Of a DNA stretch of 64,000 nucleotides, positions 46,867 through 57,495 are shown piece by piece. The first letter of the stretch is position 1. Each line of letters begins with the position of its first letter. Source of the stretch: Candidatus Brocadiia bacterium (lineage in GTDB: Bacteria > Planctomycetota > Brocadiia > CAIUPP01); NCBI GenBank assembly GCA_050015075.1, contig JBEKCB010000001.1, positions 128,001 through 192,000 on the forward strand. Reading direction: 5' to 3'. Both the position numbers and the translations under genes were made by a program. The notes under the pieces were generated by a model. It worked only from the letters and a program-made list of their open reading frames with translations, made no database searches and was not told where the DNA came from.

Positions 46867-47925
46867 CTACAGCGGCAGCCCGATGCTCTGCCCTGACTGA
46901 GCGCTGCGGAGGACGGCCTCGGTGAACTCCATGTACCGCACGCCGTCCTCGAACGTCGTGCGCGTCACGGGCTGCTCGCCGCGGATCGCGCGGACGAATT
47001 CCTCCTCGACGCGCCATCCGTCGCCCTGGACCGCCGGCAGCTCGATCTCCTTCAGCGCCGCATCGCCGCGCCGGCCGCCGCAGAGCTTCCGCGAGGCCGC
47101 GTCAAACCGCAGCGTTCCCTCGCTCCCGAACAGCCAGGCCTCGTCCGGCGGCGGCAGCCCGGTCACCGCGCTGATGCGCAGGTGCGCCGCCGCGCCGCAG
47201 GCCATCATCGCCAGCGCGTCCACGTGGTCGGGCACCGTCACCGCGCGCATCAGCCCGTCCGCGCCCTTGCGCCGGTGCACGAAGACCTTCGCCATCGCCG
47301 TCACGCGCGTCGCCGGGCCCACCCAGCGCATCAGCGCCTCGTACCAGATCCCGAGCGTCAGCGTATTGAACCCGCTCAGCTCCGCGTCCTGCCGCCAGTG
47401 CAGCGGGCTCTCGCGGTCCACGAAATTCCGCTGGAGCGCGCGGACCTCCACCGCCAGCACGTCGCCCAGGAACCCCTCCGCGATCAGCTTCTGGATCGTG
47501 CCGTCGGCGGTCAGCGTCATCGGCGCGGGCACGAGCTGCGCCACCAGGTGCGGCCGGCGGCGCGCGCCCTCGAGCATGCCGTGCGCCTCGCCCGCGTTCA
47601 TCGCCATCCGCGCCTCGCAGAGCACGTGCTTGTTGCACTCGAACGCCTCGAGCATCACCTGGCAGTGCATCACCGGCCAGGTGCCGATGATGATGGCGTC
47701 CGTGTCGTCGGCGTCCACCAGCTCGGTCCAATGGTCGTAGACCTTCGGGATGCCGAACTCGGCCGCGACGCGCTCGGCCGACTCGCGCGTCCGGTTCGCC
47801 ACGCTGACGATCTCGACGCCGGGAATCGCCTTCAGCCCCGGCAGGTGCCGCAGCCGCGTATTCGCCCCGGCGCCGACGATCCCGACGCGGATGGTCTCCA
47901 CCGACGACTTCCCGCTTCTCTTCAT
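46867..47925 (-). CDS. Gfo/Idh/MocA family oxidoreductase
   Basis: IRVGIVGAGANT, IGTWP..H, KHVLCEARMA. Confidence 0.85.
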   Translation of the reverse strand: MKRSGKSSVETIRVGIVGAGANTRLRHLPGLKAIPGVEIVSVANRTRESAERVAAEFGIPKVYDHWTELVDADDTDAIIIGTWPVMHCQVMLEAFECNKHVLCEARMAMNAGEAHGMLEGARRRPHLVAQLVPAPMTLTADGTIQKLIAEGFLGDVLAVEVRALQRNFVDRESPLHWRQDAELSGFNTLTLGIWYEALMRWVGPATRVTAMAKVFVHRRKGADGLMRAVTVPDHVDALAMMACGAAAHLRISAVTGLPPPDEAWLFGSEGTLRFDAASRKLCGGRRGDAALKEIELPAVQGDGWRVEEEFVRAIRGEQPVTRTTFEDGVRYMEFTEAVLRSAQSGQSIGLPL

Positions 47926-48055
47926 GCGCTCGCCTTTCAATGGGACACACCGATTCTATCAAGTCCGAGTCCGCCGCGAAACCGGAATGGCCGACCTCGC
48001 TTGACACGCGCCGCGCGAACGTGTTCTGCTATGGAAACCAACGACGTCATTCAAA

Positions 48056-48141
48056 ACCACGGAAGACGCGGAAAACACGGAAATGGCTGCACTAAACTTG
48101 ACATCTGCTTTTTTCGTGTGCTCCGTGTCTTCCGTGGTTAA
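48056..48141. repeat. CACGGAA-type hairpin element
   Basis: AACCACGGAAGACGCGGAAAACACGGAA ... TTCGTGTGCTCCGTGTCTTCCGTGGTT. Confidence 0.7.
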
Positions 48142-48180
48142 AAACTCCGCTGTTTTTGTTGCACGGAAGTCAGTAGTACC

Positions 48181-48840
48181 ATGGTCCGAGTGAAGATCTG
48201 CGGCATCACGGACGTCCACGACGCGCGGCTGGCGGCGCGGCTCGGCGCCGACGCGCTCGGGTTCAATTTCTGCCCGCAGAGCCCGCGGTACATCCGCCCC
48301 GAACGGGCGAAGGCCATCGTCGCCGTCCTGCCGCCGCTGCTGACGACCGTCGGCGTCTTCGTCAACGAACGGCCGGAGACGGTGATGGAAATTTGCCGCA
48401 AGGTCGGACTCGACGCCGCGCAGCTCCACGGCGACGAGCCGCCGCTGGCGGTGGACGCCGTGCAGGGCGTGCGCCGCATCAAGGCCATCCGCGTCGCGTC
48501 CGAGGCGGACATCGTCCTCTGCCGACGCTACCGCGTCGAGGCGTTCCTGCTGGATGCCTACGATCCGGGCCGGCGCGGCGGCACGGGCCGGACGTTCGAC
48601 TGGAAGCTTGCGCGCGCGGCGGCGCAGTTCGGCCCGATCATCCTCGCCGGCGGCCTCACGCCCGAGAACATCGAGGAAGCCATCGCCGCCGCAGCGCCGT
48701 ACGGAGTGGACGTCGCCTCCGGCATCGAGTCCGAGCCGGGCCGCAAAGACCGGGTCCTCATGGCGAACTTCATCTACCGCGCCAAGACCGCAGGCCTTCG
48801 GCTGGCCGAGGGCGGCGAGAGACCCGAGCGCCCGGAATGA
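48181..48840 (+). CDS. trpF: phosphoribosylanthranilate isomerase
   Basis: VKICGIT, GADALGF, SPRY, QLHGDE, GGTGRTFDW, LAGGLTPEN, GVDVASGIE..PG.KD. Confidence 0.95.
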   Translation: MVRVKICGITDVHDARLAARLGADALGFNFCPQSPRYIRPERAKAIVAVLPPLLTTVGVFVNERPETVMEICRKVGLDAAQLHGDEPPLAVDAVQGVRRIKAIRVASEADIVLCRRYRVEAFLLDAYDPGRRGGTGRTFDWKLARAAAQFGPIILAGGLTPENIEEAIAAAAPYGVDVASGIESEPGRKDRVLMANFIYRAKTAGLRLAEGGERPERPE

Positions 48841-49000
48841 CGCATCGCGCGATTTCGCGCTGCCGCCCGCCAAAACGCAGCCCCGCCTAACCTGCTGCCG
48901 CACAGCGTGTTACGCTCGGACAAAACTCCGCCTGCCGCGGCATATTGTATACTTTCCTTAGAAGATACTTTCGGTGGGCAACAATCAGGAGGGCACAAAA

Positions 49001-49366
49001 ATGATTACCACAATGGTGAACGAGGTGAAGAAGTTTACGGCTCCGGACGAAGTGCGCACGGTCCCGAACGGGCGGGTGGAGTTGCTGCACTTCGGCGATC
49101 ACGTCATCGCCAAGATCGTCCTTCAGCCGGGATGGCGCTGGTCGAAGGACGTCAAGCCGATCGCCAAGACGGAATGGTGCGAGGCGCCGCACTTCCAGTA
49201 CGCCATTTCCGGCCGGTTGCATTTCCTCAGCTCCGACAAGCGCTCGTTCGACTTCGCCGCGGGCGATGTCCTCTGCGTGGGCGGCGGCCATGACGCATGG
49301 GTGGTCGGCAACGAGCCGTTCGTGGCGGTAGACTGGGCGGGCATGGCGGAGTACGCGAAGGAGTGA
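49001..49366 (+). CDS. cupin domain protein
   Basis: PDEVR, QPGWRWS.DVKP...T..C..PH..Y.ISGRL, GHDAWVVGNEP. Confidence 0.82.
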   Translation: MITTMVNEVKKFTAPDEVRTVPNGRVELLHFGDHVIAKIVLQPGWRWSKDVKPIAKTEWCEAPHFQYAISGRLHFLSSDKRSFDFAAGDVLCVGGGHDAWVVGNEPFVAVDWAGMAEYAKE

Positions 49367-49462
49367 TCGGTTTCATGAACCGGCCGGCGCCAAAGCTGGA
49401 ATCAACCAGCTTCGACCGCCGGCCGCGTCATTGAAGGTCGTCTATCGGCACTCGCAGAAGGA

Positions 49463-50818
49463 TCAGTTATGAGCGTCCGGCGCGGGGCTTTGGACTTCGT
49501 TGCGGTAATGCTCCAGGTAACTGGCCTGTATCTTGAGCGTTAGCGCCATGCTCATCCGGCAATCCGAGGCACTTAGTTCCTCAAGCAAGGACGCGGTTGG
49601 TTGCGCCGTCACGGTCGGAAGCTGCTCTTCCAGGGCGTAGAGGAAGTCCTTCCCGGTGAAAGGATCTTTTGGAAAGCCGGCTGGAAAATACGTGGACAGT
49701 GCATTGAGCGAAGCCGGGTATTCGCCTTTCCGTGCCTCGAAGAGCGCGGCGGCGCAGAGAATTCGGGCCATCTCCAAGCGGCCGTTCTCGAACGCGAAAA
49801 CCGCGTAAGCGTGGATCACAACCTCCGGCCACAACGTAAGGAAAGGATTCCCGGAAAAGTCCTGCGCATCGGCCGGGATACAGAGCCGCCGCATTCGCTC
49901 GACCTCGGCGCGGATGAGCGGTTCGGATTGATACGGCGGCCCGTCGCAGGCCCTCGCGACCGCGTTCAGTTCATCTCCGAGCTGCGTCGTCCAACCTTCG
50001 AGCAGACCTTGGCGCTCTTCGGGCGTCTTAGATCGCAGCATCAGCCAGACGTTTTCCCACGCCGGGCCGAAGCAATCCTGGAACTGGCCTTCCTCGGTCG
50101 CGGCAAGTACTTGGTCGAGGTCCTTGTCGGACAGGAGCAGCACCTTCTTCAGCAGCGCCGGCTCGAACTTTGCCGCATAGCTCATGCAACGGGAGAATGA
50201 CAGTGGGTTCGGAGGAATTCGATCGAGCCGATCCATAAGCGCGCGGAGCGCTATAGGTCCCGGCTTGCGCGCTAGAAACGCCTCCATTTGCGGCAGGCTA
50301 ACCGACAACAACCCGTCGCCGTTGAGTGCGTATGCGAAGTAAGGGCACTGGCTGAGGTGCGCGGAGAACTGAAGCACATCCGCGCGAAGCTGCGCTGCGC
50401 GGAGCGCGTGACCTTCTCCTTCCAGCACGACCGCCGCGGCGAAACTGCGCCGGGCCAGTTTTCGAAATGAGTCCAAGTTAAGATCGCGGACTTCGCCGGT
50501 CAGCCGGTCAGTGTCGAAATCGCATTGCGAGCAGCCCGCGCCGACGTGAAGAAAGTCCATGGCTCCGCCGGCCTTGATGTCTTCCTTGAGAAAACTCACC
50601 GCTTCGCCGCGCTCGATGAAGACTTTCGGCGGCAGATGGCACCACTCTTCGATGTAGTCGAGAAGTTTCTGCTCCTGGTCGTTGGCCGGACGCTTCATTG
50701 CGGCCGCGGCGCACCAGTAATGAATCGCGGCGTTGCCGGGCTCGGCGGGTTCCTCGGCACGGGCGGGAAGCGCCGCGAGGGCGAGGATCAGCCAGAGAGT
50801 TGCGCGCGGAAGACGCAT
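49463..50818 (-). CDS. hypothetical secreted helical protein
   Basis: Signal peptide; NAA..Y motif; C-terminal G.YP.SL..L...FPKDPFTGKDF.Y resembling a GspG/pilin-like tail. Confidence 0.6.
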   Translation of the reverse strand: MRLPRATLWLILALAALPARAEEPAEPGNAAIHYWCAAAAMKRPANDQEQKLLDYIEEWCHLPPKVFIERGEAVSFLKEDIKAGGAMDFLHVGAGCSQCDFDTDRLTGEVRDLNLDSFRKLARRSFAAAVVLEGEGHALRAAQLRADVLQFSAHLSQCPYFAYALNGDGLLSVSLPQMEAFLARKPGPIALRALMDRLDRIPPNPLSFSRCMSYAAKFEPALLKKVLLLSDKDLDQVLAATEEGQFQDCFGPAWENVWLMLRSKTPEERQGLLEGWTTQLGDELNAVARACDGPPYQSEPLIRAEVERMRRLCIPADAQDFSGNPFLTLWPEVVIHAYAVFAFENGRLEMARILCAAALFEARKGEYPASLNALSTYFPAGFPKDPFTGKDFLYALEEQLPTVTAQPTASLLEELSASDCRMSMALTLKIQASYLEHYRNEVQSPAPDAHN

Positions 50819-50833
50819 GGGAAATCCTCCGAG

Positions 50834-51484
50834 CTATTTCAAATTCGGCTTGACGAGCTTGTCGAAGACTTCCTCGACGGCCCGGCGCAAATCTTCGAGT
50901 GTGCCGTGGTTCGCGATGCGGACGTCGGCCAGGCGGATGCAGTCGCCGACGTTGGGCGCGTTTTTGCCCGGTGCGCCGGTCAGTTCCTGTTCGAGCAGGC
51001 GGACGGCGCCGTCCTCGGAGCGCAACGCGTCGGGCGATTCGTCCGGGCGGCGGCGGGCGATGAGGCGGCGGACGATCTCGCGCGGCTCGGCCTCCACCGC
51101 GACGAGGATGAAGCGCTTCCCGAACGCGGCGCGCAACGCTTGCACCTCGCCGGGATGCCGCACGCCGTCGCAGACGAAGACTTCCGGGCGTTTTTCGCCG
51201 GGCCAGGCTTCGATCTTCCCTGCGATGCGCGCGGCCAGCACGCCGGGCCCTTCCTTCGCGCGCAACTCCGTCCCGATCCGCGAGAGGATTTCGCGCGTGA
51301 ACGCCTTCTCCGGAATGCCGCGCGACTGGGCTTCGTCCTTGATCTGGTCGCTGAAGGAGATCGAGGCCAGCCGCCAGCCGCGCTCCGCCGCGAGGCCGGC
51401 GAGCGCGCAGGCGACTTCGCCTTTCCCGACCGAGGGAAGGCCGGTCAGGCCGATGATATGACTCGCTTCGCTCGTGATTTCCAA
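50834..51484 (-). CDS. P-loop nucleotide kinase-like protein (dephospho-CoA-kinase-like fold); start uncertain
   Basis: IIGLTGLPSVGKG, DGVRHPGEV, I.N.GTLEDL. Confidence 0.65.
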   Translation of the reverse strand: MEITSEASHIIGLTGLPSVGKGEVACALAGLAAERGWRLASISFSDQIKDEAQSRGIPEKAFTREILSRIGTELRAKEGPGVLAARIAGKIEAWPGEKRPEVFVCDGVRHPGEVQALRAAFGKRFILVAVEAEPREIVRRLIARRRPDESPDALRSEDGAVRLLEQELTGAPGKNAPNVGDCIRLADVRIANHGTLEDLRRAVEEVFDKLVKPNLK

Positions 51485-51530
51485 ATCCGAATTTCCAATT
51501 TCCAATTGTCCGTTCGGCAATCCGTCGGCA

Positions 51531-52463
51531 TTACGCGAGCAGTCCTTCGACGTGAGCGGCGGCGCACCGGGCCAGGCCGACGTGGTGATAGCCGCCTTCC
51601 AGGACCGAGACCACCCGCCCGCCGCACAACTGCCCGGCAAGGTCAGTGATCATGTCGGTCAGTGGCCGGAAATGTTGCGGCTCGAGCCCCATCGGCGCGA
51701 CGGGGTCGTCGCGCACCGCATCGAACCCGGCTGAGATGAGGACGAACTCGGGGCGGAAGTCCCACATCGGCCCGTCGACGACTTTGCGGGCCACGTCGAG
51801 GTATTCCTCGGGCGTGGCGCCGTGCGGAATCGGCCGGTTCACGATGCAGCCGAGGCCGGGACCCTCGCCGGTTTCCTCGCGCGCGCCGGTGCCGGGCCAG
51901 TGCGGCCAGAGATGGAGCGACGCGTAAAAGACCGAGCCGTCGCGGTAGAAGACCTGCTGCGTGCCGTTGCCGTGATGCGCGTCCCAGTCGAAGATCGCGA
52001 TGCGGCCGACGCCCAGGCGCTCGCGAAGATATTTCGCGGCGATCGCGACGTTGTTGAAGATGCAGAAGCCCATGCCCGCGTCGGAAATGGCATGGTGGCC
52101 GGGCGGCCGGACCGCGCAGAAGGCATTGTTTATTTCGCCGCGGAAGACGGCCTCGACGGCGGCGAGTCCCGCGCCCGCCGCGCGCACGGCGGCGGCGTAG
52201 GTCGCCGCGGACACGAGCGTCTCCGGGTCGAGCGTGCCGCCGCCGGACTCGGCCATTTCGCGCACGCGCCACACGTACGCCGGGTCGTGAACGAGGCACA
52301 ATTCCTCGACCGTAGCGTCGCGGCAGGCCGGATGCAGGCACCGGTCCCAAAGCCCCGTCCGCTGAAGCTCGGCGACGATCCACGCGAGCCGGTCCGGGTT
52401 CTCCGGATGCAGCCCCGTCTCATGCTTCAGGAACAGCGGGTCGTAAAAAATGCCGGTGTTCAT
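51531..52463 (-). CDS. histone deacetylase family (AcuC/HdaH-like) protein
   Basis: HPENPDRL, RPPGHHA, GFCIFNN, DWDAHHGNGTQ, SAGFDA, LEGGY. Confidence 0.92.
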   Translation of the reverse strand: MNTGIFYDPLFLKHETGLHPENPDRLAWIVAELQRTGLWDRCLHPACRDATVEELCLVHDPAYVWRVREMAESGGGTLDPETLVSAATYAAAVRAAGAGLAAVEAVFRGEINNAFCAVRPPGHHAISDAGMGFCIFNNVAIAAKYLRERLGVGRIAIFDWDAHHGNGTQQVFYRDGSVFYASLHLWPHWPGTGAREETGEGPGLGCIVNRPIPHGATPEEYLDVARKVVDGPMWDFRPEFVLISAGFDAVRDDPVAPMGLEPQHFRPLTDMITDLAGQLCGGRVVSVLEGGYHHVGLARCAAAHVEGLLA

Positions 52464-52480
52464 CGGCCTCTCCATCGCTC

Positions 52481-52624
52481 GCCACGGATTACCACTACGA
52501 CAACAACGAAATTCTTGCCACGGATTTCACGGATGGCCACGGATTAACGAGAAACGAAAAATATTCCATTCTTAACTTTGCAGTCGTCGATAATCCGTGT
52601 AAATCCGTGAAATCCGTGGCAAAA
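52481..52624. repeat. CACGGATT 9-mer hairpin element
   Basis: TGCCACGGATTTCACGGATGGCCACGGATTA ... TAATCCGTGTAAATCCGTGAAATCCGTGGCA. Confidence 0.8.
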
Positions 52625-52647
52625 AATCCGTTCGTCCTCCGAGCTCT

Positions 52648-53919
<1,272 letters not shown>

Positions 53920-54013
53920 GGCGCTTCGGAACCTCCAGAGAGCAACGCGGAATCGCATCGGCGCGGCGCCCGGATTTTATCCCCAAACCCGGCGCGGCGC
54001 AAACGAATCGCCG

Positions 54014-54132
54014 GCTTTCACCACGACAACGGCGGTTCTCACCACGACGACACGACGAGCACGACGTGCGGCCAAGAGGATAATTCCAATTGAACTCCGT
54101 ACGTCGTGCTCGTTGTGCCGTCGTGGTGAAGC
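54014..54132. repeat. CACCACGACGACAC-type hairpin element
   Basis: Same family as 19003-19174. Confidence 0.75.
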
Positions 54133-54148
54133 ATGACTTACGCTCAGG

Positions 54149-56152
54149 TCAAGGGCTCGGCGGCGCGGCTTGCGTTAGGGCCTGGAGGAACTGCGGGGAC
54201 GGCTCGGCGCCGAGGTACCGCACCGCCTGGATGTCCGCCCAGGCCCGGCGATAGTCCTTCTTGTAAAACCAGGCGACAGCCCGGTTGTAGTAGGCTTCGC
54301 GGTAATCAGGTCTCAGCGCGATCGCCCGCGTGTAATCGCTGATGGCGCGGTCGTAATCTTCCCGGTCAGAGTAAGTGTTCCCGCGGTTGAAGTAGGCGCC
54401 GGGGTAATCGGGTTTCAACGCGATGGCTTTCGAGTAATCCGCCAGCGCCTCGTCCAGGCGCCCCGTCTTTCCGCAGGCGACGGCGCGGTTCATGTACGAG
54501 GGTGCGAACGACGGATTCAAATCGGTGGCCTTGTCGTATTCCCGGATGGCCTGATTGTAGTCGCCGGCGGCCTTGTTGTATTCATGGATGGCCTGCTCGT
54601 ACTCGCCCCGGTGCGCGAGCACCACGCCGCGCGTGTCGTGGAAGACCCAGTAATTCGGGTCCAGCCGGACCGCCTCGTCACAGTCCCTGAGCGCGTCGTC
54701 GAACCGGCCCAGTGCATTGTAGGCGATCGCGCGGCCGTTGTATGCGGGCTCATAGTTCGGATTCAGCCGGATTGCGGCGGTATGGTCCTCGATCGCCCGG
54801 GCGTAGTCATGGTTCTCGAAGTACGCCATCCCGCGGCCTTCGAGCGCGCGCGGGTTGTTCGGCGCCTTACGGACCGTATCGTTCCAGATCGAGAACTCCG
54901 ACCGATAGTCCAGGTTGCGCAGGGCCGTCAGGAACCCCAGCACGACAACGGCGAGGACCACCGCCACCGCCGGACCGCCCGGCGCGCGCCGCCGGCCTCC
55001 GCCGAGCCGGCCGAGCAAGAGATAGCCTCCGATCACCACGAAGGCCGCCACCGCCGCCAGCGACAGGTACATCCGGCGCTCGGCCGCCGCGTCGGCGATC
55101 GGATAGAAGCTGGAGGACGGCGCCAGAGTCAGGAAGAACCACGCGCCCAGAAACCCCCACGCCGGCCGCAACGCCAGCGCCGCCGCCGTCGCCGCGAAGA
55201 GCGCTCCGACGACGACCGCGCCGGGCAAAATCGCCGCCGCGCTCTTCGCCACCGGCCAGTTGTAGTCCAGGCACAACCCGGCCGGCCAGAACGAGAGCCT
55301 CAGATAGTGCAGAATCACGCCCAGTTGCGTCACGGCATAACTCATCCAGGTGACGCCGCCCACCTGGAAACCCGCCGACGCGTGCTGCGCGTTGGCCTGC
55401 GGCGCAAACGACGGGATCAGCAGCAGCCACGTCGCGGCCAGCGCAACGTACACCGGCCACCGGCGGCGCAACGTATCGAGGAGAGATCCGGAGAGGAAAA
55501 TCCAATCGTAGAGAAAGACCACCAGCGGCGCGGTGGCGGCCGTCTGCTTGCTCAGCATTCCCAGGACGCAGGCGGCGAACGCGGCGATATGCCAGCGCGG
55601 CGGCCGCTCCGAGAGCGCGCCGCGCGCGACGCAGTAGACGGTGAGCAGGCAGAAGAGCCCCGCGAGCGACTCCTGGCGCTGGATGATGTAGGTCACCGCC
55701 TCAGTCTGGAGCGGGTGGACCTCCCAGATCAACGCCGTCGCGAGCGCCAGCGCCGTCGCCGCGCCCTCGAAGCGCTCGCGCAGGGCAGGCAGATTCAGCG
55801 TCAGGCGGACCAACCCGAACAGCGTCAGCGCCGCCAGAATGTGCACGACGATGTTGAAGGCGTGAAACGATGCCACGTCCGGCGCACCGCCCGAGAGGGC
55901 GCAATTGATCGCCAGGGTCAGGTTCGGGATCGGCCGGTTCAGCGACACGAAGAACTTCCACGGCGGCCAGAGCTGCCGGATCGCGGGGTTCGAGACGATC
56001 TGGTCAATATCGTCGAAGACGAACGCGTCCGACAGGCTGTTGGCGTACGCCGCCAGACCGGCGAGGATGATGACCAGCACGGCGAGCCGGTGGAACCTCT
56101 CGCGGGCGAACCGCTGGGCGTTCGGGAGTGCGGAAGGCGGCGGCGCATTCAT
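54149..56152 (-). CDS. TMTC-like membrane protein (GT-C / O-mannosyltransferase-like) with C-terminal TPRs
   Basis: Y.NSL...FVFDD...I..NP, HPLQTEAVTYI.QR.E, LSKQ.A, ERR.YL, W...V.K.P.N.R, then TPRs. Confidence 0.8.
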   Translation of the reverse strand: MNAPPPSALPNAQRFARERFHRLAVLVIILAGLAAYANSLSDAFVFDDIDQIVSNPAIRQLWPPWKFFVSLNRPIPNLTLAINCALSGGAPDVASFHAFNIVVHILAALTLFGLVRLTLNLPALRERFEGAATALALATALIWEVHPLQTEAVTYIIQRQESLAGLFCLLTVYCVARGALSERPPRWHIAAFAACVLGMLSKQTAATAPLVVFLYDWIFLSGSLLDTLRRRWPVYVALAATWLLLIPSFAPQANAQHASAGFQVGGVTWMSYAVTQLGVILHYLRLSFWPAGLCLDYNWPVAKSAAAILPGAVVVGALFAATAAALALRPAWGFLGAWFFLTLAPSSSFYPIADAAAERRMYLSLAAVAAFVVIGGYLLLGRLGGGRRRAPGGPAVAVVLAVVVLGFLTALRNLDYRSEFSIWNDTVRKAPNNPRALEGRGMAYFENHDYARAIEDHTAAIRLNPNYEPAYNGRAIAYNALGRFDDALRDCDEAVRLDPNYWVFHDTRGVVLAHRGEYEQAIHEYNKAAGDYNQAIREYDKATDLNPSFAPSYMNRAVACGKTGRLDEALADYSKAIALKPDYPGAYFNRGNTYSDREDYDRAISDYTRAIALRPDYREAYYNRAVAWFYKKDYRRAWADIQAVRYLGAEPSPQFLQALTQAAPPSP

Positions 56153-56217
56153 GCGGACATTCTACGTTCCGCCGCGCCGCGGGGCAAGTTTTCCGGCGCG
56201 GGGCCGGCCGCGGGACG

Positions 56218-56254
56218 AAAAAAAAGAAGCGCTCCCCGAAAGGAGCGCTTCTTC
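56218..56254 (-). terminator. rho-independent terminator of the PEP-CTERM gene
   Basis: Minus strand GAAGCGCTCC-TTTCGG-GGAGCGCTTC followed by a T run. Confidence 0.8.
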
Positions 56255-56282
56255 GAATGCAGGGAAGACGGAGGCTGACGGA

Positions 56283-56972
56283 TTACCGGCTCTTCCGCCT
56301 TGAGAGCTTCGCGACCAGGCCGGCCAGCCCGAGGCCCAGCAGCGTCATCGTCGCCGGCTCAGGCACGAAACCCGTAACGGGACCGCCGCTGGTCAAGTTG
56401 AACGCCAGTCCGTTAGCCTCAGGACCAGCCCAGGATGCGTCAGGGGTGTAGTAAGACCACGCATCGGTTTCCGTTTCATCGCTCGTGACCCAGCCATACG
56501 TATTATTGGGGTTGGCGATCGTGCCGTAAATGGTGAGGAAGTACGATCCGGCCGGGAGCGAGATGCTCGTCGAGGCATTGAATTCGTAGAGGTCATAAGA
56601 ACCAAAAGGGAAAACCTGAGTGCCCGTGTCTACGGGGCTGCCGCTGCCCAGCGAACCGGCGTCGGAGTCAACCTCGCCGCTGGGCTGTGCGTTGCCGCCG
56701 GGATTCGACTGGATCTCGTAGTCGAAGACGTTCCCGCCGGCCGGCGGCGTATTATCGCCGTAGTAAGCGCCCCACCATTCGATTCCAGTGATCGTGCTGG
56801 CGGATCCCAGCGTGAAATAGTCATACGCCTCGTAACCGTTGTCTGGGATGTCGCTGAAATAAATGTTGTTGTAATCCGGCGTTCCATTGTTGTAGAGGAC
56901 CACGGCCGACGCCGGCGCGGACCAGACAGCCAGAACTCCCCCGATGACCAAAGCAAGCCATGCCTTGCGCAT
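56283..56972 (-). CDS. PEP-CTERM sorting domain surface protein
   Basis: Signal peptide (APASA); Ser/Gly/Thr/Asn-rich; C-terminal VPEPATMTLLGLGLAGLVAKLSRRKSR. Confidence 0.92.
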   Translation of the reverse strand: MRKAWLALVIGGVLAVWSAPASAVVLYNNGTPDYNNIYFSDIPDNGYEAYDYFTLGSASTITGIEWWGAYYGDNTPPAGGNVFDYEIQSNPGGNAQPSGEVDSDAGSLGSGSPVDTGTQVFPFGSYDLYEFNASTSISLPAGSYFLTIYGTIANPNNTYGWVTSDETETDAWSYYTPDASWAGPEANGLAFNLTSGGPVTGFVPEPATMTLLGLGLAGLVAKLSRRKSR

Positions 56973-57028
56973 CGCTTTGACCCCCTTCTTTTCCGATAAA
57001 AAACCCATGTTGACCCGCCGAGTCCGCC

Positions 57029-57044
57029 GCAATTCGCGTGCCGA
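57029..57044 (-). promoter_or_regulatory. sigma54 (-24/-12) promoter for the PEP-CTERM gene
   Basis: Minus strand TCGGCACGCGAATTGC = GG-N10-GC. Confidence 0.6.
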
Positions 57045-57148
57045 GGTGCCGACTTCGCGCCTCCTGGCCGCTGGATTGCCCAATGAATACGCGGAGTTTA
57101 ACGCTGCGGGAGAAGTTTTCGCGCCGATTCGGAGATCGGGTCTGCTGT

Positions 57149-57163
57149 TGTCATATCTCGACA
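57149..57163. promoter_or_regulatory. candidate enhancer-binding-protein site
   Basis: Palindrome TGTC-N7-GACA about 105 bp upstream of the sigma54 site. Confidence 0.4.
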
Positions 57164-57357
57164 CGCCGAGACCGCTGCGCATGCGATGTAGGAGGAAAAT
57201 CCTTGCCGCCATAGGAGAATCTCGCATGTTGCGCCGGCGCTACACGACTCGTCGAAAATTAACTTCGGAACGGCGCTTTATGCTATCATTGCGCGCCGCC
57301 TCTTCGGCCGCGGGCAAGCTGGTGCTCTGTGACAGGTGATTCGATATTCTGGTCATC

Positions 57358-57426
57358 GTCATTCCCGCGAAAGCGGGAATCCAGCGATGCGCGCTGAACG
57401 TGGAATCCCGCTTTCGCGGGAATGAC
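57358..57426. repeat. paired ATTCCC-N8-GGGAAT REP-like palindromes
   Basis: GTCATTCCCGCGAAAGCGGGAATCC ... GGAATCCCGCTTTCGCGGGAATGAC. Confidence 0.85.
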
Positions 57427-57495
57427 AAATGGACGCTGATGGCAATGCCGTAGCCTATGCGTATCATTTCTAAGGAAGCACTAAAGGTCCACGGA

